This document shows positions 55,583 to 64,000 of a stretch of DNA of 64,000 bases, piece by piece. The translations under genes and the position numbers were made by a program. The notes beneath the pieces were generated by a model. That model had not been told where the DNA came from. It made no database searches and saw only the letters and a program-made list of their open reading frames with translations. Source of the DNA: the human T2T-CHM13v2.0 reference genome, Homo sapiens. Where the stretch lies: the NCBI RefSeq assembly GCF_009914755.1, contig NC_060935.1. The stretch is one strand, 5' to 3'. Every line of letters starts with the position of its first letter. Within the stretch, counting starts at the first letter, position 1.

Positions 55583-56513
55583 TCACTGTTGCTCACTGCT
55601 ATTGTTGGGAAGGAATAATACAAAAGTATGCTACTGTGGTTCTATTTCTGCTCTACTGGGTTTTACTTTATTATTTTCCTTCTAAAAAAGTAACCTTTAG
55701 ACATGAACCCCTGCTTTACATATTCTCAGTATACACTCTGGCTCTGAATTTAATAAACATAATCTTTAAATGCAAAGGGCATAAGTAAATCAATGAGTAG
55801 CCCAATGTTATTATTCATCAACTTTGAAACGATTCCTCTACTGTCAACAGCTGATCAATGGATATGAAAGGCCATTAGTATGTGTCGTGAGGGTAAGGGA
55901 TTATGTGTTACTAATCTGTGATTACTCTGAAACAGATATAAGCACAGGGCTTGGCATAGCTAATAAATTGAAATCGAAAATGAAAGTACCATATAAACAA
56001 CAAACATAAGTATAAAAGATTACATTATTTTTCACAGTAAAAGTAATCCTAAGAATTTAAACCTGGCTGTTAAGGTACCACCTTCAAAGAAGGCTTCCGT
56101 AAGAGTTAATGAATTACATGTTACTTAGTAAAAGTGGAAAGAAGTAAGAAGGAACTGTAGGCTTACAATCCAGGGGAAAAAATAATTTGTGGTGGCTGTC
56201 GCATGACAAATTCCAAAGGATCTAAGACAGGCGATGTTACAAGTGGGAAACCTTGAACACTCTGACACTAAATAAAACTCTAGAAGATAAACATAACCTT
56301 TCATCTGGGCTAATGAAATATCCTGCTCATATGAGAATAGTAGGTACATATATACCATCTTTTCATTACAAATATAAATGGATTAATTAAAAATAATTAG
56401 GTATATGTGCTATTATGAGAGGATGACCAAGATGTACCACTAAGTGAAAGAATCAAGGTGTGAAAATAGAGTAAATGGTTTGTTTTTGTTAAAAACGATA
56501 CTTTTAAAAAAAA

Positions 56514-57252
<739 letters not shown>

Positions 57253-57764
57253 TATATACATAATTTTACTTAAGATAATGTCCATCTGGTTGGTGGCATT
57301 GTGGACCAGTTTGATTTTTAAAAATTATCTGCAGTATTAGACTATTAATATAAGTTCCTAGGGACCATGTCAATGTTTTATTAATGTTGCTGCCCAGATG
57401 TTGCCTGTTATAGTAGCTTTTTATATTGAGATACTCAATAAACTTTTGTTCCACTGAAAAAAATTAATAATGTTATTTAAAGTATTTTACAAGTAAGTTT
57501 AAACAAGACAAGCAGCTGAGTCCATTCTCTGAAGCAATGCTGGCAAGACCCAGGAATTTATACTGGCTGGACAGTATGAGGATGGCTAATTTGCAATTTG
57601 TGCCCAGGAATATGTAATTTACATCTACTTCCTGAATTAACAAATCTAATATGCACTAGAAATAATTTTCCAAAGGGTAAAGATTTAGAAAATATCCGAG
57701 AATCCGTGTGATCTACCTTACCTAACCCCTCTGTTATCAATGCAGTACTTCTTTCTTCCAAATC

Positions 57765-59468
<1,704 letters not shown>

Positions 59469-60304
59469 CCCTAAACCAAAATAACCCAAAACAAACTCAT
59501 CCAACAACAAACCATGCCAACCACAAAAAATCAAATCTAAGCCCACCACTAAAACCTATGTATGATTAATCTGCTAACACAGAGAAACAGTATGGCAGTT
59601 ACCAAACTTGTTAACTTATTGCTTCCTGAAGCTGACTGTGCATGTAGCTGAATAGTAAGTCAGCTGCTACCACAGATTTACTGTTTATGATTGCATATTT
59701 CAGAAGGATGTATTAAATGCATTGTTCTGAGTGTGGGTGGTTATCTAATTCTTTACAAGTCCTTCACGGGAAAAGAAATTTGCTGGTTTTTTCTGCCATA
59801 AGAATGAATCTATTTATGAAAAAGCATAGATATAACTGTAGTAAGTGACAGAATTTTAAAAAATCACTGTGAACATTCCAGAAAGTTCTCAGAAGGTTCG
59901 CAGAAATTACCAGTAAAGTTAAACTCTAATTTCTGGCTTCAATGTCATTCATTCAATAAATATTTACTGAGTGGCCCTGGGACATAGCAGTAAAGAGGAC
60001 AGACAATATTCCAGCCTCATGAAATTTACTTTCTGTGATGGGGAAAAAACATGTAAACAAACCAATATGCAACATAAATTCAGGTGTTATGAAGTACTAT
60101 AAAGAAAATTAAGGAAAAGGATGTAACGGGTGTGGGTGGTATTTTAGGAGATGATTTAGTGTTCTATATTAAATTTCCTACACATAGCATGCAATAAATG
60201 TTATAATAAATATAACCGCAGATATATCTTAGGCATGCTACTAAGAGGACAGGATTTTCATGTAGTTCCATAATAAATCAAACTGAATACATTTATGTAA
60301 ATCA

Positions 60305-60499
<195 letters not shown>

Positions 60500-60777
60500 C
60501 TATGGGGTTTTTACCTTTTTATTTTGCAGAGGACCTGACGGAGGGGTTTGTACTCTTATTCCAAATTGCCATTAAGACATAGCTAGGTAAGTTTTGGGGG
60601 AAAAAACTGTGTGTGAAGCACATTCTTTTATAAATAAGGTAAAAGTATATTTGAGAAAGGTATTTTCATACATTATTGCTGAGTAGCCACCTTTACTTTC
60701 CTGCTCTACAAAGATTGTTAAAAGTTGTGTAACTTACACAAATTTTTTTTTGGAGGAAGTTTTAGTATATTCAGCAA

Positions 60778-61272
<495 letters not shown>

Positions 61273-61299
61273 GCTGATGAATAGAAAGGTCAGGAAATC

Positions 61300-61906
61300 T
61301 CAGTGGGAAGGTAAAATGGCACAGTGACTGTGGAAAACAGTATAGCGATTCCACACATGCAAAAAATAAATATAGAATTACTGTATATTACAGTTATTCT
61401 TCTTCTGGGCATATACCCAAAATAATGGAAAACAAGAACTCAAACAGGTTTTTGTATACTCATGTTCACAGAAGCATTATTCACAATAGGCAAAAGGTGA
61501 AAGTGACCCAGGTGTCTGTTGACAGATAAGTGAATAAACACAATGCGGTATACAAGCACACACACATAGATGCATAGAATATTCAGCCTTAAAAAGAAAT
61601 TCTGACACATGCTACCACATGGACATTATGTTAGATAATTTTTTTTTTTGAGACAGAGTCTTGCTCTGTCACCCAGGGTTGGAGTGCAGTGGTGTGATCT
61701 CAGCTCACGGTAACCTCAGTCTCCCAGATTAAAGCGATTCTCATGCTTCAGCCTCCCGAGTAGCTGGGATTATAGGCACATGCCACCACACTCGGCTAAT
61801 TTTTATATTTTTAGTAGAGACGGGGTTTAACTCCTGACCTCAAGTGATCCGCCTGTCTCAGCCTCCCAAAGTGCTGGGATCACAGGCATGAACCACCATG
61901 CCCGGC
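61300..61906. mobile_element. L1M fragment (+) and an internally deleted AluS (-, 61639-61906)
   Basis: Consensus motif matches. Confidence 0.8.
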
Positions 61907-62780
61907 GGATAGATATTTTCATACAGTTATATTAACCAGTCCTTCCTCTGTCTAGCAGTGGGGTCCAATGTGGCCAGAATCCAGAATAGTGCCCACAATG
62001 GCTGCAAAAGCTGCAATTGATTTTCCTAGTGGGTGAAGAATAGTGATTAAAGCCCTGACCTTAGACAATGTAGCTATCTCCATCAAAACTCCTCATCCAT
62101 CCGTTATAAGTTTGCATGAAATGATTTTAAACTCATAGAGCTGGGACCTTAGACATCAATTATTCCAGTGCAATTCCTCCACTTTCCAGACTAGAGAAAA
62201 GAGGCATAGGTGTCAGCCACAGAGCCACAACTGGAGTCTGGATTTATCTACCTATCAGTGTGGTGTTTTTTCCTCTAGACACTGCCTTTTGTACTTGCTT
62301 TCCTTTAATTTTTGAGGTAGAACATATGGATTGTCTGAACTTCCAGCACTAATTTTAGAGTGTGAGGGTGGTGAGAACTAACCTGACCAGGAGAGCAGCA
62401 GAAGGCTTAGAGCTGCCTAAGTGCACTAGTGCCCGGGAGAAGCACTCCAGAAAACAGGAGGAAGAGTCAGAAGGGAAAGTCAGAAGTGAGGAAGAGTCAG
62501 AAGGGAAATAGGCAAAGATAATCTTTGCCTATTTCAAACTACTGCTGCGGATGGGGAGGGCGTAGTACTGCCCTGAGGAAAAAGGAAGAAACTTTCTTTC
62601 AAGAGCTTAGCCTAGAAGTGGCCATCTAGTCTAAAGCTAGTCTTTCTAGCCTGAGTGCTTTTGGTACTAGGATCAGCTAAAAGAGTTTTCAATTGAATTT
62701 CATGTATTGTCAATTCTGAAAAACAGTTTAGAATTTACTGCATGTTCTATTGCAATGACTACTGAAATAATGGATTATAA

Positions 62781-63952
<1,172 letters not shown>

Positions 63953-64000
63953 TCAACAGGGCTCAACTAGATGAACGGTGAGATTTTATCCAATCCTTTG

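Overview
Human (primate) genomic DNA, AT-rich and dense in Alu and L1 repeats. The whole window lies inside SBF2 (MTMR13, the CMT4B2 gene), which is transcribed on the minus strand. I read ten consecutive coding exons by hand: 60338-60406, 22612-22782, 20845-21107, 17927-18099, 17063-17136, 14410-14605, 11342-11469, 9951-10126, 7011-7156 and 3885-4083. They total 1595 nt, all junctions are GT-AG, and the phases chain without a break. They encode the SBF2-domain C-terminal part, the GRAM domain, the linker and the start of the myotubularin pseudophosphatase domain; from memory these are about exons 17-26. The rest is intron: about 35 Alus, several L1, L2, MIR, MER, Tigger and LTR relics, and a retroposed U7 snRNA pseudogene. 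The most interesting signal is a 95-bp triplication across the acceptor of the last exon. Both extra copies keep the branch point, pyrimidine tract and CAG, and both have gained a donor (CAG|GTACTA), predicting in-frame 27-nt microexons. The window also holds several local templated copies and fold-backs, and an Alu-tail microsatellite occupying the branch-point zone of the first GRAM exon. Almost all supplied ORFs are repeat-derived noise. Repeat family calls come from recalled consensus motifs, with approximate boundaries.
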